In this document: positions 26,105 to 39,024 of the stretch, one piece after another
How the letters are laid out: each line of letters opens with the position of its first letter
How positions within the stretch are numbered: the stretch's first letter is position 1
NCBI RefSeq assembly: GCF_004010195.1
Contig: NC_057719.1
Location: 39,670,252 to 39,734,251, forward strand
Source of the DNA: Chiloscyllium plagiosum
Taxonomy: Eukaryota
Direction of reading: 5' to 3'
DNA length: 64,000 nucleotides
The notes under the pieces: model-generated
Told to the model about the DNA's origin: nothing
What the model saw: the letters and a program-made list of their open reading frames with translations, nothing else
The model's database searches: none
Position numbers and translations under genes: made by a program

Positions 26105-26243
26105 GAGAAAGTGCAGACTGCAGATGCTTGAGATCAGAGTCAAGAGTGTGGTGCTGGAAAAGCACAGCAGGTCAGGCAGCATCTGAGGAGCAGGAGAATC
26201 GATGCTTCAGGCAAGAGCCCATCATCCTGATGAGACATTGACT
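26105..26243 (-). mobile_element. Penelope-like remnant (family A) with a short inverted tip, about 15-bp TSD
   Basis: Same GTGGTGCTGGAAAAGCACAGCAGGTCAGGCAGCATC arm. TSD CATTGTCTAGAGGCG at 26090-26104 and CATTGTCTGGAGGTG at 26244-26258 (2 mismatches). Confidence 0.75.
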
Positions 26244-27145
26244 CATTGTCTGGAGGTGAGCTAATGTAGATCATTAAATAGGAATGATGATGGTGAGTAT
26301 GACTTGGTACAAGTAAGTTGGATAAATTTTGCCATAGGTACTACCATAACATAGGATCAAAGCATATGATGGAACATGGAACGTTACAGTACAGTACAGG
26401 CCCATCGGCCATCAATGTTGCGCCGACCTGTGAGATTAATCAGATGCCCATCTAACCTACACCATTCCATTATTATCCATATGTATGTCCAATGCCCATT
26501 TAAACACCCTTAACGTTGGCTTGTCTACTACTGTTGCAGGCAGTACTACTCTCGCCACTACAACTCTCTGAGTAAAGAAATTACCCCTGATATCTGATTT
26601 AAATCTATCAACCCAAAATTTAAATCTATGCCCCCTTGCATTAGCCTTCACCATCCAAGAAAAAAAAAGCAGTCACTGTCCACCCTATCTAACTTTCTGA
26701 TTATCTTAAATATCTCGATCAAGTCACCTCTCAACCTTCTTCTCTCCAACAAAAACAATCTCAGTTCCCTCAGCCTTTCCTCATAAGACCTTGCTTCCAT
26801 ACCAGGCAACATCCTAGTAAGTCATCTCTGAACCCTTTGCAAAGCTTTCATATCCTTCCTATAATGCGGTGACCAGAACTGTACACAATACTCCAGATGT
26901 GGCCTTACCAGTGTCTTGTTCAGCTGAAGCATGACCTCATGGCTCCAAAACCCAATCCCCCTACCAATAAATGCATATGCCTTTTTAACAACACTCTCGA
27001 CCTGGATGGTAACTTTCAGGGATTTATGCACCTGGATACCAAGATTTCTCTATTCATCTACACTGCCAAGAATTTTACCATTAGCCCAGTACTCTGCATT
27101 CCTGTTACTTCTCCTGAAGTGAAATGCCTCGCACTTTTCTGCATT

Positions 27146-27383
27146 AACCCATACTCCTACATTTACCCCTTCACCTAACACTGCAGACAATTTAGCATGG
27201 TCAATTCACCTAACCCGCACATTTTTGGATTGTGGGAGGAAACCGGAGCACCCGGAGGAAACCCACGCAGACACGGGGAGAATGTGCAAACTCCACACAG
27301 AGAGTCGCCTGAGGCGGGAATTGAACCCGGGTCTCTGGTGCTGTGAGGCAGCAGTGCTAACCACTGTGCCACCGTGCCGCCCA
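27146..27383 (-). mobile_element. HE1-like SINE, intact 5' head, 3' tail lost
   Basis: GGGCGGCACGGTGGCACAGTGGTTAGCACTGCTGCCTCACAGCACCAGAGACCCGGGTTCAATTCCCG on the minus strand; CpGs largely retained. Confidence 0.9.
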
Positions 27384-28051
27384 CTGTTCCTTAAATAAGC
27401 TCCACATTTCAAATGTGTCCATCCCCTGCAATTTCCTTCCCCATCCTATCCATCCTAAATCTTGCCTAATTGCATCATAGATGCCTTTCCCCCAGTTATA
27501 CCTCTTTCCCTGCAGTATATACCTATCCCTGCCCATTGCAATTGTAAACGTAACCAAATTGTGATCACTATCGCCAAAGTGCTCACCTACCTCCAAATCT
27601 AATACCTGACTGGGTTCATTCCCCAGTACCAAATCCAATATGGCTTCGCCCCTTGTTGATCCATCTACATACTGTCAGAAAACCCTCCTGTACACATTTA
27701 ACAAAAACTGACCCATCTAAACTACTTTAACTACAGGATTCCCAGTCAATATTGGGGAAGTTAAAATCCTTCATAACAACTACCCTGTTACTCTTGCTCC
27801 TATCGAGAACCATCTTTGCTATCATTTCCTCTACATCCTTGGAACAATTTGGAAGCCTATAGAAAACTCCCAACAGGGTGACCTTTCCTTTCCTGTTTCT
27901 AACCTCAGCCCAAACTACCTCAGTGGATGAGTCCTCAAGTGTTATCTCAGTTGCTGTAATACTAGTTTTGATTAATAATGCCCACCCCACCTCTCCAAAC
28001 CGTACCATCTTCTCTGTTCTTACTGAAACATCGAAATCCCAGAATCTGCAA

Positions 28052-29016
28052 ATGGATCCTCATTTTCCTGACCCACATGCCGCAAACAGTGAAGATTGGG
28101 GACAATATTTCATCACCACTAACACTCAACTAGCCCTCTACTGTATTCACTGTATACCCATGACTGCATCGCCAAATACCAGACTAATGCCAGTTACAAG
28201 TTCGCTCATGACCCCACTATAGTTGGTTGAATCTCCAGATGGCCTCAAACCGATAAGGCGGGAGGTGGAAGACCTGGAAAAATGGTGCGCTGAGAACAAC
28301 CTAGCTCTCAAAGCCAGCAAAACCAAGGAACTCATTATTTACTTTTGGCGGGATGTTACTCATGCCACCCTACATGTTAACAACACAGAGGTGAAATGAA
28401 TGGGAGTGGTCATCCACAACAAGCTTTCTTGGACTCTTCATGTGGACACACTGGTCACAAAGGCCCAACAATATCTCTTCTTCCTCAGACAGCTGAGGAA
28501 ATTTGGCATGATGGCGAACCCCTTTGCCAATTTTTATAGGTGCACCATTGAGAGCATTCTGTCTGGATGTGTCGCTACCTGGTATGGCAACTGTATCATT
28601 CAAGATCCGAGATGGTTACACAGAGTGGTGAACTTGACCCGGACAATTACAAAGGCCAACTTCCCATCTATAGAATCTATCTACCAGGCCCGCTGTCAAG
28701 GAAAGGCTGCCAGCATTCTCAAAGCTCTATCCCACCCTGGCAATGTTTTTCTACAACCTCTACCATCGGGGAGAAGGTACAGAAGCCGGAACACGCACCA
28801 GCTGGTTTCATAACAGTTTCTACCCTACTGTTGTTAGAATACTGAATGGACTCACAAACTCTTAACGTTCGTCTGTACCTGTGTTTTTGTTTTTGCCATG
28901 TTTTACCTATTATTTATTATCTATGCTACTTAACCCTGTGATCTGCTTGTATTGCTCGCAAGACAAAGCTTTTCACTGTGCCTTGGTACACATGACAATA
29001 AATTCAATTCCATTCA
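28052..29016 (+). mobile_element. Rex1/Babar-type non-LTR retrotransposon 3' part
   Basis: Degenerate KFADDTT at about 28200, then KAQQYLFFLRQLRKFGM...FYRCTIESILSGCVATWYGNC...HPGNVFLQPLPSGRRYRS (DUF1891-like C-terminus); tail AATAAATTCAATTCCATTCAA. Confidence 0.8.
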
Positions 29017-31043
29017 AACATTCCTGTCCCTCCTCTAGCCATGTCTCTAAAATGGCCACAACATTGAAATCCCAGGTACCTACCCATGCTGCAAGTTCAC
29101 CCACCTTATTCCGGATGCTCCTGGCATTGAACTACACACGTTTCAAACCAACATCCTGATTGCTGGTCATTTATTTTTCTGTATCATTCATTTTTCTGCA
29201 GGGAGAAAATATGGGTTCTTTTTACGCTATTTACACTAATCCAGAATGCTAGTTGCTTGCAGTATTGCACAGAAATCCGTTTTATTTAAAACATTGTATA
29301 TTTTTTACAAATTGCGTGTTTTATAATTTAACAGCAACACAAGTGTTTCAGATGCGCTGGAGTTCTAAACATTTTTAAGCTCGTTTGTTTTGAATGCAGT
29401 GTATCTGGACTGGTGAGGTAAGTATTATGTTCAGTTTAACTTCAAGAATAGTTGCACAGTTCAAATTACATTCTGAATGGATTATTTTTACTGAAACTTC
29501 AAACATCTGCAACAGTCTTGAACTTCATTCATGCACTGATTTCCATTTCAATAGTAGGCTTTGAATCAACGTTGTATTCTTGGCAGTACAGAGAACAAAG
29601 GGTCTTAACTTGAGGTTCACAAGATGCAACAAGTGAGCATTAAATGGAATTTCTGAGAGTTGTAACAATACTGGGAAAATGTGTGTTTTGCACCTGCTGC
29701 TACTTTATGATTAGTCTCCCAGTTTGAACAGCCTAAGCACAAACCCCCACCCACCCAACCCCTGTCTGCCATGTTCAAACTGCATTTGGTTTTAAATAGG
29801 ATTGTTTTTGTGGCGTTAGGGCTCCTGATTTCTGATGCTTCATTGATAATAATCCCAAAGTAAATCTGGCAGGCTCACTAATACTGCCAGCCGTAAAGGC
29901 CCATTTTTACCGAGTTTCACCATATCTTGTTGTTAAAGGCTTTCCTTTACCCCGTACAGTCATGGTATTTACTACTTTGCCTGAAGAGTATTATCACATT
30001 TTTAAAAACTTCATTGCATCCCAAAATAACGCTATGAGAGATTTAAAGGGCAAAGAATGTCCATTAGTCACTAGCTATAGAGGTATTTAAAAGTTAAGCC
30101 AAGTACTTTAGAAGAATTGGTGGCTGAGGAGAGATGTCTATGAGCAGAAGAAACTGGAGGTGTAGACAGACAAACAGGTATTACAAGCATGAGAGCAAGT
30201 TAATGAACTTAATAAAATAAAAGCAGAATATTTACCAAATATGATGGATAATGTTGGTGTGGCAACATTAAAATATGAATGAGATGGTAAATAGCTAAGA
30301 CAGTGAAAGCTCCTGTCCAAGTAAAATATTGAGAAGATTGAATAAATGTTAAAAGAGGTAGACAAATGAATCATAGGATTAGAACTAAATTGCTGAAAAC
30401 CCAGTGAAAATGATAATTTCATACAAAGTAAAGGAGAGTCCGCTTTCACATACAGAAACACCTTTCCCAGTCCAATTCTAAGCATCTGTATCCAATATGT
30501 TCACTTTTTACTTCTGCTGAGTTCAATATTTATCTGCGAATTTTCCTGTAAATAAACTAGGTTCAATCTGAAGTTATTGACGTTAATGTTCAGATCAGAG
30601 TGCTCAGAAAAACAAAAATGCCATTCTTGAAACTTGTTTTGAGTTCAATTAGTTGCTGACTAATTTTTGCTACCCACATCTAATTGACTTGCAAAAGCAC
30701 TGATTTAGGTATGCCCAGTTTAAGATGTTTAAACCCAACAATTGATTCCTTTTATTGATACAGGTGCAACTTATGTACTGAGAAACAGTCTTTCACCATG
30801 CCAGACAAGTTGCACATTCAAATATGTTATTAAAATGCAGTAGAGAAGCAGACCCAGAAGCCATTTTATCCATAACATCATGAATTATTTTTATGTACCT
30901 AGTCATATTGTTAAGACTTTACCCTACCTGGAGTGGGGGATGGGAACATGCCCATGACCTGTCCCTTTCATCACTATCTTTTCCTTTGCATTGCTAGGAG
31001 TTCATTTTTCAATTCTGCAAAGTATTTTTGTTGCGTGGTGTAG

Positions 31044-31526
<483 letters not shown>

Positions 31527-31759
31527 TAAACATGTCAATTGAATATCTTTCTCCTGATGGTCAGCTGTTTGTCAAGGAGGTTCCTTGTGGCTAATGAAAA
31601 GGATCCAGAAAATTAACCAGGTATTCAAATGGTTTTGCTGATGGGTCCAAAATCCATTCCAGATGTTTTTTCTCCCTCTTGTCCTATAATATTTGTTTTT
31701 AATATCAGTTTATAATATTTGTTGTTTCTTGCTCTCATGCACATTCTCCATTTCTTTGA

Positions 31760-32090
31760 GATGGTGGAGATGGCAATGTCACTGGGCCAGTCATCAGGAG
31801 GTTTGTACTGAGTTCACATCCTATCATGGCAATTCATGGAATAGATCATGAGTTCAAATCTAATGTCAGTAATGTCAACCATGAAAATAAAATAAACCAT
31901 TCTATTCATTCATTACTTTTTAGAGAAGGAAGTCCTGACCCAGTCTGGACTACGTGTGATACCAGGCCCAAAGCAATGAGGTTGATTCTTAACTCCCCTT
32001 CTGAAATGGCAAAGCAAGGGTAATCACTTCAAGGCCAAATAGGGACATGCCACAAGTGCTGGCCTTGCCAGCAGCACTTATATCCTGCAG
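31760..32090 (+). mobile_element. Degenerate copy of the second SINE family
   Basis: TTTAGAGAAGGAAG...GTCTGGACTACGTGTGATACCAGGCCCAAAGCAATGAGGTTGATTCTTAAC...GCTGGCCTTGCCAGC. Confidence 0.55.
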
Positions 32091-33879
32091 CACTTATAAC
32101 ATTAAGAAGCAGCAGAATGGAACAATTAGACTCTCCAGCAGAGTCTGCTTTGCATGTTCATTGGCATTTTGAGTAGTAAAATAGGTTCTACTGAGTGAGT
32201 TTGTTTCAACTTCTGAAAAGTTACTGTGCTTCTGTAGAAGAGTTAAATTCAAAATGGTGTCAGAATACAAATGTGCACTGCCACTGTGTTAAATGGGACA
32301 GACTTCAAACAGATCTAGCAGCTCAGAAGTAGATATTCATGAGACACTGGGCTATTACCAACAGTGCAATCGTATTGAACCACAATCTTTAAAAGGAACC
32401 CATCAAAATGAACATCAGCAAAATAACTGTAATGAAGAAAGCAATTACATTAATGAGTGACATCCCGCAGAATTCAATGGCCTTCATTAGCCAGGAAATC
32501 AAGAAACTTGACATGAACCAGGACAAAGCAGCCCACTTGATTGGCACCACATCCTCAAATTTACTTTTCAACCTTGATATAAAAAGGAATAATTCTCTCT
32601 AGTCTTTATCAACCACTGAATGCAAGCAGTCCATTTGCCTTGATTTGAATAGTTTTTGGTTTGAATGCCCTTGTCCCTTTGTTTTAATACTGTATTTATT
32701 TTTTCTTTTAAATCGTGAATACCTTTTGAGTTCCTCCTGGAGGTTGGGAGGGTCAAACAATCATTTTTCTAATATTTGTGGACAATCATTTGGCGGTTTA
32801 CATGGTATGTCCGGGTAAGTGATTCAGGATGACTTAGTATTTATCAAATTAAGTTTTCCACCTATTCACTGTAAACTTGTAGACTATTTAGATCCTGATT
32901 TCAAGTCCTCGGAGTTTTGGGGGATTGGTGGATGTTCAAGGTACTGGTTTCCTACAGTTTTCTTTCAAATCTGAAAAGTGAGGTAAAACTTTTGGTGGCT
33001 GAATTCAGTGTGAACTTAGTCTGAATGCCATTTCCTATGTTTCCTTTCTCCTATATATTTTATAATCAACCTGTGCTAGAAATAGTTAAAAGTTATTTGA
33101 ATCTGGCCTAATCGGTGCTACAATTACTATATACAGTACATCAAAGAAATTGTATCATTTAAAAATAGAATTCTGCATTGGTCGTAAATATCTGCCATTT
33201 GATAGAGCCTGTAATTTCCAGAATTGCCAGAACAGATTCTTTGATTATAGTCAGTGGGTTGAAGTACACTTGCTATTTTCAAATGTAATTTAGGGTGATT
33301 ATAATGCAGTCTTTACTCAAGCAACTGATGACAGCAGGCAAATCTTATCTAAAGTCATTGTTGCTGCTAAATTCTGTTGAGCTGAACAAAATATGATTTT
33401 GGAATATTTGCCCTGCAGCAACACTGTTTCCAAAAGGAATAACTATTTTAACTTGCCAAAATGCCAACATTTTGCTACAATTTTCCTGCTTACTGATAAT
33501 CAAGTTTAGTAAAATTACACTACTTTTGAATAAGTAATCCAAATGGGATATGTGTCTCTAGCTGAGGATTTTGTTTTACTGTCCTATATGATGATCCTTC
33601 ATCTCATTTAGGATTGACTTTATAAGTAATCTCTCATATCAGTCACCCAAGGAATGACTTTGAACTCAGACAGACAAAACAAAAGGTTTATTAAAGGAGA
33701 TAGAACTTTTGAGAGTATTTCCTCGGATTAGCACCTTTCTTTCTCCATACTGCTGCTTTAAAATATAAAATGTTAAATTTATTTAGTAGAAAGCATTAAA
33801 TAAATATGCATTTCACTTAAAATGTTAACAGCCTGGGCAAAAATGTTATTTTAATTATGTTGTTGGATTGCTATATATA

Positions 33880-33972
33880 ACTCCACACAGACAGTTGTCC
33901 AAGGCTGGAATCGAACCCAGGTCCCTGGCGCTGTGAGGCAGCAATACTAACCACTGAGCCACCATGCCAGCC
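33880..33972 (-). mobile_element. 5' head of HE1-like SINE
   Basis: GGCATGGTGGCTCAGTGGTTAGTATTGCTGCCTCACAGCGCCAGGGACCTGGGTTCGATTCC on the minus strand. Confidence 0.8.
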
Positions 33973-34578
33973 CTCTTGGGCAAGTTTCTGTTTTTGCATT
34001 TTAGGAAGGTAAGTTGTCTCATTGTCCTTTTCAGTAGGACTTTGATTCAGCTCACTGTGAAAATAGTATTGACTGTGGGGGTGTAATATGCCAATACATT
34101 TTATTTTGGAGTGCAGTATGCCATGCAATCCTAATTGATAGTGAATGGATTTTGAAGTCAATTCTGATCTATTCCACTACTCCTGTTCAGGTCCCATCAT
34201 ATGGCTGTGTTCAAAATATGTGGCAGGGCATCATCAAATTTACAAAACAGTTTGAATTTTTCCAAGATTAATTTGCACTCTTGATTTTTAATTCATTCCA
34301 CTACCCTAGAGTGTCAGAGGCTAAGGGGACTCTCTGACTGTACATCAGGTTGTCACCTGTACAAGAGGAGAGGACCTTGAGAGTGAGAGGAAGAAAAGAG
34401 TTGTGATCGTGGTCATGTAGAATTAAACATAATGATTGTAGTCAGTCAATATGAATTAAAGGTGAAGGTGCTGAAAAGATGAGAATGCAACGGGTGCTTT
34501 AAACCTGGTGGAAAGGACAAATGAGAAATAAATGAACGAAAGGAAAAAAAAAACACAAATGCTTTAAAACTAAAATAG

Positions 34579-34968
<390 letters not shown>

Positions 34969-35279
34969 GCATCAAGTAATGCTATTTTGAACATTTTATT
35001 TTCTTCCAAAAAAGCTTGAACCTGGAATCCAATTCCACAGGGATTTGCATTTATCAAGAGCTGTTCCAATCAGTATTGGCAAACTCTTAACCTTTTTATT
35101 TTGTTTTTGCAAAAACTGTCAGAGAAACAGCAATGAATTGAATGTAAAATCAGATCATGGGCTGTAAATGGTATGAACCAGTGGGCTCTAAACCACTTAT
35201 AAATTCCATGTGGGCAAGCTGCGCTGGCCTCCTTTCATCTGTCCTTTATTTCTTGATTTTTTTATTTAACTAATTTTCT

Positions 35280-35285
35280 AATAAA
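35280..35285 (+). promoter_or_regulatory. Candidate polyadenylation signal AATAAA for TRMT61A
   Basis: AATAAA about 310 nt after the stop codon, with U-rich sequence upstream and GU/U-rich sequence downstream. Not verified by transcripts. Confidence 0.5.
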
Positions 35286-36826
35286 CATTTTATAAGCAAG
35301 GATATTAAGTGACTTTTCTTTACATACTGGTATGATCTGATACTGGGACTGAAGCCATGTGCACTCATAACATTTAAAATTGAATAGAATTTATTGAAGA
35401 TTGAATTTGGTGATGGACACATGGTGGTGTTTGTACTAGTCTATAAACAATGTGCAATACTGTAATACCTTTGTGAAAACCCTCAAACTTTCCATTTGTG
35501 TTGCAAGACCACATGATAGTGTTTGGAAATATTGACAGCTAGTAAATTCATTTAAGTTTATTCATGGCATATTTGAGTTAAGTGTTGCAAGGCAGTAAAG
35601 TTTTCCAGACGAGGATGATGAATTGGTTCATGTAACCAAACTTCATTTCATAACTCCATTTCGTAACATGTTTGAATGACTGGAGTTCTGGTCTCATATC
35701 CAGAAGACCTTCTGGGTAGCAGGTCTTATTGTGAAAAATATTCCTTGACGCATGAGCAATGTACTGAAAGAAACTAGCTGATCTATCAGGTTTGCCCCAT
35801 TCACAATATCCCAAAGTACTCTTTATGCAAAAGAATTACCTTCTTAACATAGTAATTGTTATAATACAGAAACATGCCAGACAAATATCCCAAAACCAGT
35901 GATAATTTCAATTAACAGGATCATCAGTTGTTAGCTATGATGGAGGATAAATTTTAGCTAGATACCTGGAGAACTTCTTTCTCTTCTCAGGTGCTGACAT
36001 CCACCTGTGAGTTGACAGGACTTAAGTTTAATCAGAAATGTGGCACTTTCAAAAGTGAAACATTTCATACTAATTTATGATTTTGAGTCTTTGAAGTTGA
36101 ACTTAAACCTGACTGTAAAGATGGGAGTGCTGTCTCTAAGCCAAAACTGGCTATGTACTTGATACTTAATCCAAAGATTAGAACAATCCAAACAATTTAA
36201 AATATTGTAGATTTAAGTTCAATACTTGAGGCTGAAAAAGTTAATCTGCTAAAATCATAATGTAACATTTTAAAGGTGAAATTCCTAAAGCTAAATGCAT
36301 TTTGTAATCTTTGCCTAATCTTTAATATTTTGGGACTACTTAAAGAAAATTGTATGAAATTTTAAAGGAATACAATATCCTTCAAAACCCAAAGTGCTTC
36401 AAGATGCTACATTGTTTGTAAATCACTGTTGTAAATTGGAAATGTAACAGCCAATTTGCACACAGCAAGCTGTAACAAACTGAAGTAAGACAATGACCAG
36501 ATAATCTTGTTATTTGATGGCTAAATGTTTGCTAGAACAACATAGATAATTTCCCTGAAAATGTTATGGAATTCTTTAGATCCATCCAAATAAACAAATG
36601 GTGCCGAAATGTTAAAGGATTATAGGAAAGACAGAACTTCTAAGTGTGCAGCACACACTCACTATTGTGCTGGTGTGTTGGCCTACATTTTGTGCCTGAA
36701 AGTGTTAGCAACTAAGCTGTCACTAAAATATTAATGAGAAAATGTCACATTGCTGCCATGGGTCAAATACAGCAATTGTTTCATGAACTTGGGACACTGG
36801 GAAATGTTGACCCCTCAAGAAAAATA

Positions 36827-36969
36827 CAGATGTGCCTTGATTATCCGGCCTTCGATTATCCAAATTTCGGATTATCCGGCAAGATCTCAAGGTTCCGATG
36901 CTCGGCTAAACTATGTTATCCCAAATTCGATTAATTGAACGAAATATTGAATGAATTGAGGTTCCTCTG
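36827..36969. mobile_element. Small Tc1/mariner-superfamily (pogo/Tigger-like) MITE
   Basis: TA at 36825-36826 and 36970-36971. Imperfect TIRs CAGATGTGCCTTGATT / reverse complement CAGAGGAACCTCAATT; internal GATTATCC repeats; locally CpG-rich. Confidence 0.6.
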
Positions 36970-37579
36970 TAGATCAATTTTTTTTCAATGTAACTACAGA
37001 CTGCTGAAAAATACCTCTTTAAAAATTGGAATTTCAATAACTTTAAAGTGCTTATGTTGCCCCAAGATAAACCTAAGTACATTATGTTAATTCGATAATA
37101 TTCTGAAGCTAAAGGCTTTCATGTAATAATTATCTCACCAATCAAACTGTAAATTAGTGTTTTTGAGAGAAACCATGTTTGATTTCCAAATCTGATTGGA
37201 GATCCAGTTGAGAAAATAATTGAAGATTGATTTTAAGGTGCTCCGGAAGTTTTGAAAACCAAGCTCAGGTCAGCAAATTAGAGAATACTCAAGATTAATG
37301 CTATCTTGGTGCCTAAGCCTTTTTAAAAAAAAAATTGAGAATGAAGATAAGGCATATACAAGACATATCCTCAGGCTGTATCTTGTAGGAATTAATCAAT
37401 GATAATTGTGCTGAATATCAGATCTACATGGAATGGCTCATGTACCCTAACTGAAAAGACTCCTGCCTGTCTTTATGTTGCTGGCCTTGGTAAGAATGCA
37501 CGTCTAAGATGTCTATTCGGACAGGAGACCTGCTATATTGTATCTCACCACATGCACCTCCAGCTCAGAGTGGGCAAAA

Positions 37580-38150
37580 ATAAAAACAGTAAATGCTGGA
37601 AATACTCAGTAGGTCTGGGATCATTTGTAGCGACAGAAATGTTTTCATAAAATGTAATAGATGCAATGCATTGTAAGCAAATGGAAAGTTTGTAGAAAAC
37701 AAAATTTTGTGAAGGGGTGATAGACAGAAGAGGTTAACTGACAAAAGCATTGGTGATGCAAAGGCTGTTGCAGAACTCTTCTGATATTTAGTTTATCTTG
37801 GCTTTTACTCTAACATGAATTTCTCTCATTGTTCTTCTTTCCATTTATCTCCCTGCTCTACTTCAAACACTTCTTCCTGCTTAAAACCTATTACATTTCT
37901 AACTTTATCCAACTCTGATTAAAGGTCATCAACCTTTAATTTAAGACTGAGATAGACAGGTTCTTGATTGTCAAGGGGATCAAAGGTTACGGAGAGAAAG
38001 TGGGAGAATGGGGTGGAGAAACCTATCTGGCATTGTTGAATGGCAGATTGTCTTATTTTAGTTTTTATATTTAACTTTTCCATGAATGCTGCCTGACCTA
38101 CTGTTTTTATTTTGGATTTTCAGCATTTGAAGTATTTTGTTTTTACATCA
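37580..38150. mobile_element. Old inverted Penelope-like remnant with a small CR1 piece (about 37940-38050)
   Basis: AAATGCTGGAAATACTCAGTAGGTC arm versus ATGCTGCCTGACCTACTG...TTTTCAGCATTTG arm. Confidence 0.45.
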
Positions 38151-38754
38151 GTTGAACTACTTGATTGTGGAGCCAGTTTTTAAAAAGCTAGATATATCGA
38201 TTGGAGTTCCAGACAATTTTATTTTTATTAACTAGACAGTGACAAATAATCCATGAAGTTGTATAATTTGTCTTGCATTCAAAATGGTCATAAAGTCAGT
38301 GGAGTGACTGTTCCTTTCCGGCCTAAGGTCAAAACTGATTTGTTTCAATGTTATTTTAATCCGAAGCTGCGAAATGGCACCTCATTGTAACTCAACAGTT
38401 GCAGGCAGGGCAGAAAATTGGCCTGCTTTTACGCTGAACTGACCAGCAGTTTGGGAGGTGGGATTTCCAGAAGGTGAGCCAGAGTTATTGGTTCTGTAGG
38501 AAAACATAACCTTGCCTTGGACTGACAAAACTGAAGGTTGGATGCTATGTTTTGAGTCATCTTCAGTGTTCCATTTAAGGATTGTCAGCCACATGATTCA
38601 ATGCTGGGTTTTAAAAAAAAATCTGACAAATCTAAAATTAAGAATCGAGCATGTCTACAGCCCAAGATTCACTGGATAATGTTTCTATTTTGAAAAGCAC
38701 TCCCGGCAGATGAGAGAAACATAATTATACTTAGAAAGTTAAACAAAAGAAAAA

Positions 38755-39000
38755 TGCAAGAGCTGTGGATGCTGGAAATCAGAAACAAAAGCAGGAATTG
38801 CTGGAAAAACTCAGCAGGTCTGTCAGCTTCTGTGGAGAGAAAGCAAAGTTAATGTTTTGGGTCCAGTGACCCTTTCTCAGGTTTGATTTTAGCAAGGAAA
38901 AGTATATATGGTGAAGATAGGGTTGGGCATTGGGGTGGGTTGGGGCAAGTGGTGACGAGGACATAATAGGTGGTGATGAAGACAGAGAAAGAGAAAAATA
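38755..39000 (-). mobile_element. Penelope-like 3' remnant (family D)
   Basis: Minus strand CTGAGAA-AGGGTC-ACTG-GACCC-AAAA-CATTAAC, a degenerate hammerhead-like core at about 38848-38880; flanks match 12160-12310. Confidence 0.6.
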
Positions 39001-39024
39001 AAACTAAAACAAGACAATCCGCCA

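Larger units (their letters stand above)
26370..29160 (-). mobile_element. CR1 LINE (endonuclease region plus 3' end, RT core deleted), hosting a SINE and a Rex1/Babar LINE
   Basis: APE-type segments VLGNEPSQV...EHFGDSDHN and LLGVFYRLPN...DFNFPNIDWE. 3' segments VRPHLEYCVQFWSPHY and FFTQRVV. CR1 resumes at about 29017-29160. Confidence 0.88.

Noticed and set aside
27310..27383. tRNA-like sequences (also about 11800, 33900, 47640)
   Set aside because: They are SINE heads continuing into the shared SINE body, not standalone tRNA genes.
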